Of a DNA stretch of 64,000 nucleotides, positions 12,380 to 24,552 are shown piece by piece; the first letter of the stretch is position 1; each line of letters opens with the position of its first letter. The DNA is from Octopus sinensis. Its lineage: Eukaryota. The notes under the pieces were generated by a model. The model did not search any database and was not told where the DNA came from. It saw only the letters and a list, made by a program, of their open reading frames with translations. The DNA is taken from NCBI RefSeq assembly GCF_006345805.1, contig NC_042999.1:113398001-113462000 (forward strand). Reading direction: 5' to 3'. The translations under genes and the position numbers were made by a program.

Positions 12380-13960
12380 TAATTGTTCTTGATCACGACC
12401 TTTGACATCGTAGAATGTTACAATAATGTTGGACTATCTGTAAGTTTCCATGAAACTGCAAACTGTACGTTACATCATAAAGAGCCATATCATCAAGGCA
12501 ATACAATATGGTTAAACGATCAACGTACTATGTACTATACAAAAATCTCCCCTAAAACATATGACATCAACAATAAAAGCCTCTTGGAGGAACAGGTTTT
12601 GATTAGGATAATTGTTCATATATGGTTGTCAATCGAGAAAAAAATGTTAAACCACATAAGAAGTAAGGATAATAATAGTTTGTTTGCTTCCCTTATCTCC
12701 AAAGACGGATGTTACAAATATCACGGAATTAATAAGAATGTTACCTAACAATGGTGCTGAAGAGCTTTAGAAAAAGCTTTAGGAGACTTCGGAAAGTAGG
12801 AAATCAAAGCAGTAATCCTTTAGAGGTGCCAATGCTAGTACTAATATTCGGAAAACTGAATGGACACTTGAAGAGATCTGAGACTTGGATATCAAGGCGA
12901 AGAAAACCGTTACAAATGATAACTTCCACATCAACAATGACATTGATAGGATCTATGTCAGTTGGAAGAATGGATTTGGAGACGTAAGGTCAGTTCCAGT
13001 ATGTGTGCCGTATCATATCACTCATACAACACCTGCTGTACAGTAAAGAGAAAATTTAGTATATCACATCTGTACATAACAAAGTAAATAATGAAAAATC
13101 GAGAGTATGTGGGGAGCTCTTGAACAAGTATGTTGATTGTAAAGCTGTTCTATATGACCTACGGTTATCCGGACTTATCCGCTTGAACAGGTATTGGGAG
13201 AAAATACATCATAGCAGAACTTTAAGTATTAATGTACACCCCTCAAGATACAGGCTAACGACAACATTCACAAGAAGAGGAGCCTCCTCTGAACCTTTGA
13301 TAAATACATTCCATTTCACCCTGAGAATTTGTCTTCACTATTAAGAAACAGGAGATAATCCATTATGATTATTGCAAACACCACATTGCAAAAGAAATCA
13401 ACACATCAACTGCCCAAGTGGTAACGTCAACATCAACAGTGACACAGAATTTATGCTAGATGGAAGAATGGAGGTCGAGGAGATAAGGTCAGTCCTAATG
13501 TACTACATTCTTGGATCATATCAAAGACATACCAGAACCGAAATATATCTACAATTTTAAAAATAAAAAAATGCTGGTGGAAACTTTCAATAAAAATAGT
13601 AATCCAATACAAACACAATAGATTTTTTTATTCACATATTATTTTATGGCTCAGGGAATAAAAGTAATGTTTCAGTGGTCAATAGCCAAGCCATTATGAT
13701 TGTCTCTTATAAAGTTGTAGGAAAAGAGAACATCTATGGTGATCTAATGCAAAACTTATTGCTCTTGAAATAGATTTATCTATAGATTTTTCCCTGTGTT
13801 TATTGTTGTAGGTGCACTGAGTTTTGTAACAACAGATTTGTACAAAAAGGTTGGAATTCTGGGGGTGGGGAGCAGTCAAGTAAGCAAACTGACTCGCATC
13901 GTCCAAATCCAATCGATTTCTAGTGCAGTGAAGACTTGTAAAACATTCCAATGATCCTCC
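12380..13960 (+). mobile_element. Mosaic of at least two old RLE non-LTR fragments related to the (CATA)n group
   Basis: CYKYHGINKNV and WTLEEI*DLDIK..NFHINNDIDRIYV at 12700-12990, a second thumb motif at 13425-13495, and an RLE end KENIYGDL..IVVGALSFV..KTCKTF at 13725-13950. (TACA)n follows at 14029-14121. Confidence 0.7.
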
Positions 13961-14124
13961 ATTTGAGTACCCTAGAATGAACATATACACACAAACACAG
14001 TACATGCGTACCTAATAAAAATTAATACGTACATACATACATACATACATACATACATACATACATACATACATACATACATACATACATACATACATAC
14101 ATACGTACGTACGTACGTACATAA

Positions 14125-14520
14125 TGCAAAACGTTTCTCTAGTTTAAAGTGTGACATTATTTTTCTTATCTACATTTCAATGATGTAGCTTTGTATCTTT
14201 ATTAGAAACCAATACCATGTATATATGCATGCATGCATATATACATGGAGGCTGTCAACTCGTAAACAAGTATGAATATCACTGACAAATTATCCTATCG
14301 TAGAAGTTAAACACAATGTCTGTCAGCAATGTCCTTGTTGAAATTTAAAGTCAGTTACAGCTTGCATAACACCGCTAAGACTCTCACCTACAAAGTCAAA
14401 TAGTTCAGAAACAAGCAAGAGCAAGGACTTCAGCTTCACTAAAAGGTGAGTGTTATTCAGAAATTCATTGTCCAAGAGAGAATTCTAAACAAAATCTAGG
14501 GGTGTCTCACACCTAGCTGT
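14125..14520 (+). repeat. 3' terminal segment of the (CATA)n group plus a conserved downstream block
   Basis: 14125-14210 matches 885-945, 9040-9125 and 60480-60550 (..TTAGAAACC). 14225-14500 matches 60615-60860. Confidence 0.7.
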
Positions 14521-14744
14521 TCGGTGACCGTTGGCTTTGAGTTTATCTGTCCTTTGACAGGTTTTGTTTTTCGTCCCACAGGATGTCTAAGCAGGATGTT
14601 TCAAGCAAGTTTGGGAGGGTTGCTGGTTTAGTCACCGACGGCCCATTGATGCGACAGGTTGTACTGAGACACATGTTATCACTAGCACTAAGAGAGGCTT
14701 GACATAAGCATACACTCATTCATACATATATGTGCGTATACGCG

Positions 14745-14791
<47 letters not shown>

Positions 14792-14840
14792 ATGTATATG
14801 ATACATATTAATAGATATAAGCATGTATATGTATGTATGT

Positions 14841-14884
<44 letters not shown>

Positions 14885-14948
14885 ATATATATATTGATGT
14901 ATATGATACATATTACTAGATATAAGCATGTATATGTACGTATGTATG

Positions 14949-15022
<74 letters not shown>

Positions 15023-15025
<3 letters not shown>

Positions 15026-15552
15026 AAAAAAAAACGAAGAAAAAGCACAAGAAAAAACAACAACGTGAGTACGCGGTACATGTAAAATATTAGCAAACGC
15101 TCAGGCAAGGAAAGAAAGGTAGTTTTACGTTTCGAGCAAAGCTCTTCTTCAGAAGCAAGAGACAGAGAAAAATCCGAGAGAACAGGAAGTCGAGAAGGAA
15201 AAGTATCTTATATATAAATGTAAGATCCAGGGATTGAGGAGTAAGAAGAAAGTTAGCTTCAAGTAATCCGTAGTAAATATATAAAAAAACAACTTTCAGA
15301 GACAATAGTGGTTTATTGAGGCGGAAGGTTGTGGGTTTTTTTCGTATTGAAGAACGATAAGCTGAAAAAAGTTCTTTTCACATTCCAAGGTAGGCGATCG
15401 GGGTTGCAAGGTGTGCGAATAAGAATACGAGAGTTACGGAATGGAGTAGGTAAGCTCCGGACTACATATGTTTTAATCGCTTGGATTTTTACTACTTTTG
15501 AGGTTCCGCCCGCCATGAAATATATGTAGCCCGGATCTTACTTACTCCATTC
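15023..15552 (-). mobile_element. Penelope-like element remnant (pLTR with hammerhead, inverted 5' junction)
   Basis: Hammerhead at 15122-15156. The downstream CCTGAGCGTTTGCTAATA resembles the 1087-1275 family. Ends at (TA)n. 33-bp inverted repeat at 15439-15552. Confidence 0.65.
15122..15156 (-). ncRNA. Minimal type I hammerhead ribozyme, canonical core
   Basis: Minus strand GCTT-CTGAAGA-A-GAGC(TTT)GCTC-GAAAC-GTA-AAAC. Intact CUGANGA and GAAA with a GUA site. One mismatch in stem I. Confidence 0.75.
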
Positions 15553-15727
15553 TTATATATCAGATCTTGCTGGAACTGATTTTGGCTTATACTTTACAGG
15601 GAATTGGTAAAGTAAATACTAATGACATACCAAATTCAATAGAATAATTTGGCTTTGTTGTCCCAGTGTGAAATCACTACGAGCATACAGTGCTTGATCG
15701 TTTTAAGTATGTTTCTATGGGAATGCA

Positions 15728-15765
<38 letters not shown>

Positions 15766-16320
15766 TGTGCGTGTGTGTTTGTGCGCGCGCGTGTGTTCCA
15801 GTACGTGTGTACGTGTGTCTTCGTGTGTGTATGTAAGTGGGCTCAACGAAAATTCTTTGTAACATAAGTCCCTAGTAGGGGAAAAAAACCACTGGAAGAA
15901 AAATGTGACATACCGTAATACATGAAATATGAGTTTATAACCTCATAGAGTACTCCAGTGATAATGTATTTGTTTGATGCAAATATCTCTTTGGATTGGA
16001 TGAACGAACACATTTCTGTCATTTTCGATGAAGAAAGCAGTCGGTCACATGGTGTTAAATTCAAAATCAACCGATACCGAAAAACAATGAAATGAGCAGT
16101 TTTGTATCGAATGGACTACGAAGCACCTATCAACGATTGTAAATAATCACGTAAAGTGCTTGACGAGGGAGAAATTCACAGGAGGTCTATTGTTTGTTTG
16201 TTTGTGTGTTTGTTTGTTTGTTTGTTTGTTTGTTTGTGTGTGTGTGGGGGGGTGATGTAGACCCTCGAGAAGACAACTGAAACTTCAAATGCTAGTACCC
16301 AGAGGGAAGAGAGAGAGAGG

Positions 16321-16372
<52 letters not shown>

Positions 16373-16674
16373 CAGACATACAGTTACTCTTATGAAATCG
16401 AAATATCAAATATAAAAAAAATTAAACATTTAAATCGTGTCGCCGACCTTCTGGTTTGTTCGTTGTAAGGATACTTATGCCATTATGGCTCAGTTTAGCT
16501 CACTATAAGCTACTATTATAAAGACTTGAGCCTCTTACAGCAGTTTTCTGTAACTCTATATGATATCTATCCACAGCTACGTCGCCGAACCCAGTTAGAG
16601 AGGTGTCGTTACAATGTCAAATGTGTAACATATGCGAAAAGTACTATCACTTATGAGATTTGCCAATTTTTCAG

Positions 16675-16745
16675 ACAAATATCCGTCAAAAGTAAATACT
16701 GTAAATAATGTACATAATTCCTCATCTCTCAGATATAGCATTGTA
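16675..16745 (+). mobile_element. Small Penelope-like pLTR fragment
   Basis: GACAAATATCCGTCAAA..TGTAAATAATGTA is the reverse complement of 18535-18563. Confidence 0.5.
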
Positions 16746-18101
16746 TTATATCCTTATGTTTTATGATTTTCTTTATCAGTAGATATATTATATTTTGTTA
16801 TTAGTTTGATGAATTCGATGCTTTTATACATACATTTTTGTTAGTGTGACAGGAATTGTGGTGCAATGATCTACGTAACATTTTGCACAAGACATACGGG
16901 AAGTAAAATAGTTTCACTAGAGATTCAAAACTAAATTGTTTGCTCGTCTTACTTAAATATCATTCTTAATCTATTATTTTTTTTTGCAGAACCAGTTAGA
17001 ACCCCAGAACATAAGTAATATTTAGTTTATCGTTACAGCATGAAATAGGTTCAGATCTCAATAGGGAACAATTTAAAGTTTTAATTGTTGAATACCAACC
17101 TACACCATCGGTTACACTGTAACTTACAGTTAAAAAGGAAAACATCTCCATAGTGAACCCTCGTTCAATCTGAAATATTTGATTCGAGTTCCTCTGTTCA
17201 CAAGGAGAAACTTATCTGAAGAAAGAAATAAACATTACCAAGTGACTCAGTTAATCTTCAACGTGGTGGAGTTCAACAATCAAATGGTGGAACTCTATTG
17301 AATGCTAGAAATTTTAAGGGTAAAATTGAAAATTTTGATTTATTTACATCGACCGTTTACCAAGTATCATTTGGTGTAACCGTCTTAAGAACATCGTTGG
17401 AAATAGATGACAATTGCTGTCTCCGTAAACTATTCTCCAGATCAACGAGAAATCCTGACTGTAGTCGCTCGATATGCTAAAAATAGCAACCAGATTTATT
17501 CAAATTACATTCTACAGTCATAAAAAAAAGAAGAACGCATTGAAAATGTAATCTAAGATAAACTATGCTTTAAAAAATTAGATTACCACAGATGGAACAC
17601 CATTGAGTGCTGTTTGTCCCAGGTCACATCTGATTGAATAGACTAGAAGTGACTTGGAGCTCAGCAACATTTTCCAGACAAACAAGCTTTTTAACTCTTC
17701 TTCTTCGAGCTTCTATCTCCAGCGACCAAAATAGTTGAACACCTTTTTTATGAAAAGTCATGATATTTCTGCTTCGTCTGAGAGCTAAATGGATATAGAA
17801 AACTAATGAATATTTCCTACTGCACTATTTTTCTTTACTCTATCCCACCAGCAAATGAATTTTAATAGATGAGATTCACTTGTGATCTCTGATGAGGCTT
17901 AAGAGAAAATTATAAAAGCCACGTTCTTCAAACGCCTTTAGTAAAATCGTTAAAGAAGACTTATTCTTCTAAACACTGCTTGACGCTCTTATGCTAAGGA
18001 TACAAATGAAACGTATTCCCTTGATCACAGTCTTGTAAGATGTCTGTTTTATATTCGTTGAATTCGAAAATGTTTTATAAAACCACAATCAGAAAACACA
18101 A

Positions 18102-18499
18102 CACTTTCATCATAAGACCAATATCATCGTTTTCGTTGATTATCCCTTTCACCCAAACTAAATTATTATTAAATTGAACAGTTTTAATTATATTTTTCTC
18201 ATTTTTCTCTACAAGTGTTGGTGAGAGCTAATGATCTTAATACAATGTTAATCAGATAAAGAAGGACAGAGAGTGACAGATGCCTCATCATTCATAATAA
18301 GACCACTTTCATCATAAGACCAATATCATCGTCTTCATTGATTATCCCTTTCACCCAAACTAAATTATTATTAAATTGAACAGTTTTAATTATATTTTTC
18401 TCATTTTTCTCTACAAGTGTTGGTGAGAGCTAATGATCTTAATACAATGCTTTATCAGATAAAGAAGGACAGAGAGTGACAGATGCCTCATCATTCATA
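18102..18499. repeat. Tandem duplication, about 202-bp period
   Basis: 18102-18296 and 18304-18499 are nearly identical. Confidence 0.95.
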
Positions 18500-18519
18500 G
18501 AAACCTTCAATGTCTAATA

Positions 18520-18696
18520 AAACTATTTAGGTAATACATTATTTACATTTGACGGATATTTGTTCTCATCTTGTTTGTTGTTAACACGTTTCGGCTGATA
18601 TACCCTCCAGCCTTCATCAAGTGTCTTGGAGAAATTTCGAACCTGGGTTCTCATTCCTAAGGAATGCTAGGAATGAGAACCCAGCTTCGAAATTTC
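18520..18696 (-). mobile_element. Penelope-like pLTR remnant with a decayed hammerhead and a 29-bp inverted duplication
   Basis: Minus strand GACAC-TTGATGA-A-GGCTG(GAGGGTATAT)CAGCC-GAAAC-GTGTT. Inverted repeat arms at 18631-18659 and 18668-18696. Confidence 0.7.
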
Positions 18697-18800
18697 GGGG
18701 TCGATAAAATAAGTACCACTTGAACACTGAGGTCGATGTAATCGACTTACTCCTTTCCCCGAAATCGTTGGCATTGTGCCAAAATTTGAAATCAATACTG
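18697..18800 (+). mobile_element. Meta-like SINE, 3' half
   Basis: GGGGTCGATAAAATAAGTACC..GTCGATGTAATCGAC..TTGTGCCAAAATTTGAAA. Confidence 0.8.
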
Positions 18801-19395
18801 ATGTTAACTAGTGGACGATTGAGATATTCGGTCGTCCGCTTTTAGAAGATATCAAGCTAGATGCCACTTCCTTGAAAGAGAAAAGAGACATCAGACACCG
18901 ATGATGGTGAGCAGGCTGATATTGAGGACCCAAAGACAGTGTTCATATACTCGTTGCTAGAGCTTTTTTTATATTAAAAATACACATACATCTTAGATAT
19001 ACATACAATATAATCAAACTCATTCTCGACTCTCATAAATGTCAATGATGAAAAACTGGAGCCGACACACGCATACGAGTATGTCTTGATAGTATATACC
19101 ATGCTCTCGTTAATTGTTTCAGGTGCCTATGTAGTCACAAGCTAACATAGCATCTTCTCGATCCTTCCGGGGGAACATCGAGGTTATGACAACTCGATAG
19201 GTACACATTTCCAGCTGAGTAGGCTGAAGCAATGTGAAATTCACAGTAATGCTTTTGTGATCGGATGGCAATCTATACGCAAGTATGCGTATAGATTTTC
19301 AGAAATGGGGAAAGCATAACTTTTGTTGAAATATATTGGTATATGGTATCAGAGAATGTATGTATGTATGTAAGTATACACAGATATGCTCACAC

Positions 19396-19445
<50 letters not shown>

Positions 19446-19612
19446 CATGTATGAGTGTATGTGTGTCGGTGTAATTTCAAATAAAATAACGTTTTAGAAA
19501 TGGCAACAGAAATTGTATTACTCTTTCTAAACAAATCAGTATAAATTTTCAAGACCTTTGTAAATGTTAATGACTCAACCAAATGTGTGTGTGTATGGTG
19601 TGTGTGTGTGTG

Positions 19613-19653
<41 letters not shown>

Positions 19654-20329
19654 TGCGTGTGTGTGCGTGCGTGTATGTGTGTGCAAGCATGTAGTGAGAT
19701 TTCTGCTGAATTTTGGACCAGCTCACTCAGATTTCAAGTTTAGAACTAATGCTTAACTATATTGCCGTAAAAGGCAATGACCAGCAACAGGAAATTAACT
19801 ATTGCCATAAAAGGCATTAATATCTTCGTGCATATGGTTCGACCAATCAAGGTGGCTAGTCTATAAATAAATAGCGTAAACACGAAAATAAGTTTCGTGA
19901 ATTTTCCCACCACATAGTTCTGCCAGAAGTTCTAGATATTTTGACTAATGTTATAAAAAATGGGATATTGAACTTCCAATCATGGAACTGTGTCACTCAG
20001 TTATATGATATCTGTTCTCACTTTTTCTACTTATCCTGTCTTTTATGTATAATTTTCAAATAAATAACCAAAATATTTTATGCTATGAAGACATTTATCC
20101 GTCAAATCTCTTGTATGTTGTTTTATTCAGATAATTGAGGTACATAGGTATATGTAAATGTTCCCAGTAATAACAAAATATGGAAAATTGTAAAAACGTC
20201 GTTGTAGTCATTCTCAACCTCGCACGTACACTGTGCAATACTGTGTGCTATCGATGACTTAATAACTAAGATCCACTAGAATGATGTCCTACTAGACATA
20301 TATATACATATATATACATTTGCATATAT

Positions 20330-20371
<42 letters not shown>

Positions 20372-20427
20372 ATACACACAAACATATATATACAATATTA
20401 GATAGGCTGTAAGTATGTATGTATGTA

Positions 20428-20471
<44 letters not shown>

Positions 20472-20699
20472 GTGTGTGTGTGTGTGTGTGCGTGCTTGTG
20501 TGCGTATATATATTTCTTAGTCATTGCGCGGTGATCGCTATAATCTTTAAGCTTATAAAATACTATTATTATTATTTGCAGAATTGCAAACCTCGACACT
20601 GCTTAACAAAACCATTCGCGGTGAAAACACATGAAAGTTTGTTTACAAAAACAACTACGAACTAATATAATTCTTAAATTTGAGAGGAAAAAGCAGGTT

Positions 20700-20870
20700 A
20701 GTTCGCTGGTGTAATCAGTAACACGCTTGGTCGCGTAAACGAAGGGATGCGGTTTCGAGTCCCACTCGTACGGGAAAACCTACTTATTTTCTGTCGAGAG
20801 CTTATATGCTATTTTCCTTAGTTATTGCGCGATGATCGCTTTAAGCTTATAAAATGCTATTATTGAGTGA
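20700..20870 (+). mobile_element. Short tRNA-like head with a tail duplicated at 20505-20575 (possible minor SINE)
   Basis: A-box-like CTGGTGTAATCAGTAAC and B-box-like GGTTTCGAGTCCC. No canonical cloverleaf. Confidence 0.4.
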
Positions 20871-21257
20871 GTGAGAGAGCAGTGCATGTCATCAAAGTGA
20901 CATTGGGGTAAACTATATTATTATTACTATTATATATGCATTCATGTAACCACTCATTCATCCTGAAAACTTGACGCAAACATAACCATCTGTTAACAAT
21001 CAAAAACTTAATCATCAAAATTTTTGGAAACTAAAGCTGTATACGATAAGAATAATAAAGACATTTTAAAGACTTGATGTTAATAACCATAAAGACAAAG
21101 TTTCAATGCATATAATCTCGATGGAAATTTAAGTCATAGCATAAAGTGCTGCAACTAAATACTGCACAGCAACTTATCTCACGATCTTCCTAGTCTACAT
21201 ACACGAGTTTGTACATATATTGTTTGTTTTGGGTTTTTTTTTAAATATAGGCATAAC

Positions 21258-21470
21258 ACAGGGTGGCGAACTGGCAGAATCGTTAGCACGCCGGGCATAA
21301 CAGCGTTTAGTCCGTCTTCACGTTCTGAGTTCAAATTTCGTTGAGGTCGACTTTGCCTTTCATCTTCTCGGGTTCGATAAAATAAGTACCAGCTGAACTG
21401 TTGGGTCAATGTAATTAACTTAACCCCTTTCCCGAAATTGCTAAGATTTGAAAGATTTGAAACCAATACA
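21258..21470 (+). mobile_element. Meta-like SINE
   Basis: GGCGAACTGGCAGAATCGTTAGCACG..GAGTTCAAATT..GTCGACTTTGCCTTTCATC..GATAAAATAAGTACC. Confidence 0.85.
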
Positions 21471-22631
21471 GGCTCAACACAAAGCCAAATATTTAGTGGC
21501 CGAGGGATTAACTAAGGGGAATTATCGATCAAAATGAACTCAATACCTGATTAGTACTTGATGTTGATTTTATTTCCGCCAGAAGGCTGTAAGAAACGAA
21601 TCTATCTCGGTATGATTTGAACTCAGAACGTAAAAAAACCTGTAGTAACTTAATTCTTCATGACATAACTTTCCCAAACTCTTTAACGATTATGCCAATC
21701 CCAGGCTCTTTTGTTGATAATAGCAACAATGACGATACAAAACAATAAAGCAAAATACAGAAAATACTTTTAAAAAAAGAAACACCGACGAAAACACAAA
21801 ATGCCGAAAGGAAATTGAGAAATATGTGAGGATTCTTCATCGTGCGAGAACCAAAATTGTTTTAAACAAGGAATAAAACGACATACTCTCGTACGTGACT
21901 GACACACATGAATACGTATACGAATGCATGTCTAATGTTTGTCTACCTGCTATATACCTTCTAGATACAAATTTCAGCCAAGGACGACTTTGCCTTTAAT
22001 TTCTTTTGGGGATGATAAAATAAGTAGCAGTTCAGCACTTGGGTCGATTTAATTGATTATTCTCTCCCACTACAATTTCTGGCCTTGTGCCAAAATTTGA
22101 AGCCCTTATATTTCATATTTCCTTCAGTTAAATGATGAGACCGAAGAAGGTTGAGTTACAATGTTTTCTCCAATATGTGTATGTGAGAGTGTGAGTGTAT
22201 AAGTGTGTGTGTATGGGGGAAATGTTTTGCCTTAAGCATAAAGTGCAAAAGCTACTTGTAGATATTGTAAGCTCTTCTAAATTCAGCGCAATATCGGAAA
22301 CCCTTCACTGTCATCAGAATATGTATGTTTGTGTGTGTGTATAATCTCGGCTGTAGAGCGATGCTGCGATCACGGCAAAATATAACTACTTAGAGGTTCA
22401 GTATGAACAGGGATAGAATTTCCTTACTTCTGTTTTATAGAATATATCAATGAAAATAAAGAACCTGTGATATCTAACACGTGAAACAAAAACAAATAAT
22501 CTCATGAGCAGAAGGAACGCATTTTCCAAAAATACACACAGACATGTATAAATAGACGTACGCACATGCACAGACAAAATTTTAGCTGAAGCAGTAGTGT
22601 TATACTCCGGAATTTCTGCAATGTTTACCGC

Positions 22632-22684
<53 letters not shown>

Positions 22685-22686
<2 letters not shown>

Positions 22687-23421
22687 GAAACCATTGATCA
22701 TATTGTCTCCAAGTGCAGTCTTCTTGCGCCTACAGAGTATCACAACAGGCATGATAGAGCTGCACAATATATTCGCTGGGTAATTTGCAAAAGCCTGGAC
22801 TTGCCCCATAATAAAAACTGGTGGGATCACAAACCACCTCCAGTGCTTGAAAATGATCCCATGTCACTTCTCTGGAACTTCACCATTCAAACTGACAGTA
22901 AGATAGATGCGAATAGGCCGGACATCATATTGAAAGACTTCAGACAAAAATCATGCCTCCTCATTGATATGACTGTCCCAATCGATATAAACGTATCTGT
23001 CAAGACCTACCAAAAACTGAGCAAATATAAAGATCTTCAAATAGAAATTAGCAAAATGTGGAACCTGAAGACTAAAATAATACCTGTTGTCATAGGGTCT
23101 CTGGGAATGATAGCAAAAGGGGCTGATTGCTACCTAGCTCAGATACCAGGAAACCCCAAAATGGCAGAAATTCAAAAGATAGAGCTCATGGGAACTGCTT
23201 ATATCCTACGCAAAATACTTTCTATGCAATCTCAAGTTTTAAAATAAACATAGTTTTCTTATGGTTTCTTAAGCATTCACTAGTACAACACTAAGTACAA
23301 AACTAAATATATGGCACCCTAGGTATAACACCAACATGAACGTCTAACTTGTTGTCTCTTGAGGTCTCTGGGTGAAACTTGGAGCCAACTTGTACAAATG
23401 TAAAGCAAAAGTCAAACATAG
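22685..23421 (+). mobile_element. 5'-truncated R4/Dong-like retrotransposon inserted in (TAA)n; knuckle end and RLE domain still open
   Basis: ETIDHIVSKC..RHD..NRPDII..LLIDMTVP..KLSKYKDL..IPVVIGSLG, with no stop until 23247. (TAA)n on both sides (22633-22684 and 23422-23521). Confidence 0.92.
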
Positions 23422-23463
23422 AATAATAATAATAACAACAACAACAACAACAACAACAACAGC

Positions 23464-23523
<60 letters not shown>

Positions 23524-23681
23524 GATGGCTAGACAGTTTAAAACCAAGAAGGATATAATTCACGATCGTTAAAAGTGACCAAGGGTGCAAGGGGTACTTG
23601 CATTGCGAGAAATAAGAGTCATAGTTACTTTAGCCACAGAAGCACATGTTCTATTTGAACTTGACCGCAAGCAAGATGCAT

Positions 23682-23746
<65 letters not shown>

Positions 23747-23755
23747 CATGCACAC

Positions 23756-23814
<59 letters not shown>

Positions 23815-24552
23815 GATAGATAGTCTATCATCTTATTTTCAATCTCTATTTCTATTTCTGTTAGTGTTTCTCTTTCGTTTTATATCTCTCATATTTTTAC
23901 ATTCTTTTAACTTATATTTGTATTTATATGTTTATATGTTATGCTTTTATACATATAGATTTGTATTGATCTGTATTAATATGTATTAATATATATGTAT
24001 TTTTAAAGATACTTTAAAATTTTACGTCTACGTGTTTTCCGTTTGGGAATTTGCTGATCGGCCTAAATTTTGTTTCTGAGTTTACTTCTTCAATTAACGT
24101 TCGTCTCGGACTCATTTCGAGTACTTCTCAGTTACAGGTATTTAAAAATATTCAAAAATGCTCATACGCGGGCAAAATATAAAGCATCAACATATTATAA
24201 AACTTATTGAATTAATAATTCACTCGATAATTATTGATTCACACGATAAGATACAATGTAATAAAGATTCACAAGTTACAACACGGAGTCCAGTGGAAAA
24301 TTTGGAATTATACAACATTAACAGGACATACTAATACACGAATATAATGTTCCGTCGTTATATTATCGGACACGTCACCGAAACGGCCCGTCGATGGAAC
24401 ATTATATTTATATTATGTTTATATTATATTGATGTTTTATATTTTGCCTGTGTATTTATATATATGTGAGCATTTTTTAATATTTTTAAATACCTACGAA
24501 ATTTTATCTTATATCATATCAATGTTTTTTATATCTATTTTTTTATATATAT

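Noticed and set aside
10400-12380. Possible N-terminal or upstream parts of the (CATA)n-group retroelement (also 61800-62230)
   Set aside because: Too degraded to assign by eye. It needs a profile search.
17889-17910. CTGATGA hammerhead-like heptamer (also near 11961, 44578 and 59667)
   Set aside because: No stem II followed by GAAA and no stem I or III pairing.
18846-18906. Possible small exon between TTTTAG and GTGAGC
   Set aside because: Splice-like motifs only, with no partner exons or homology.
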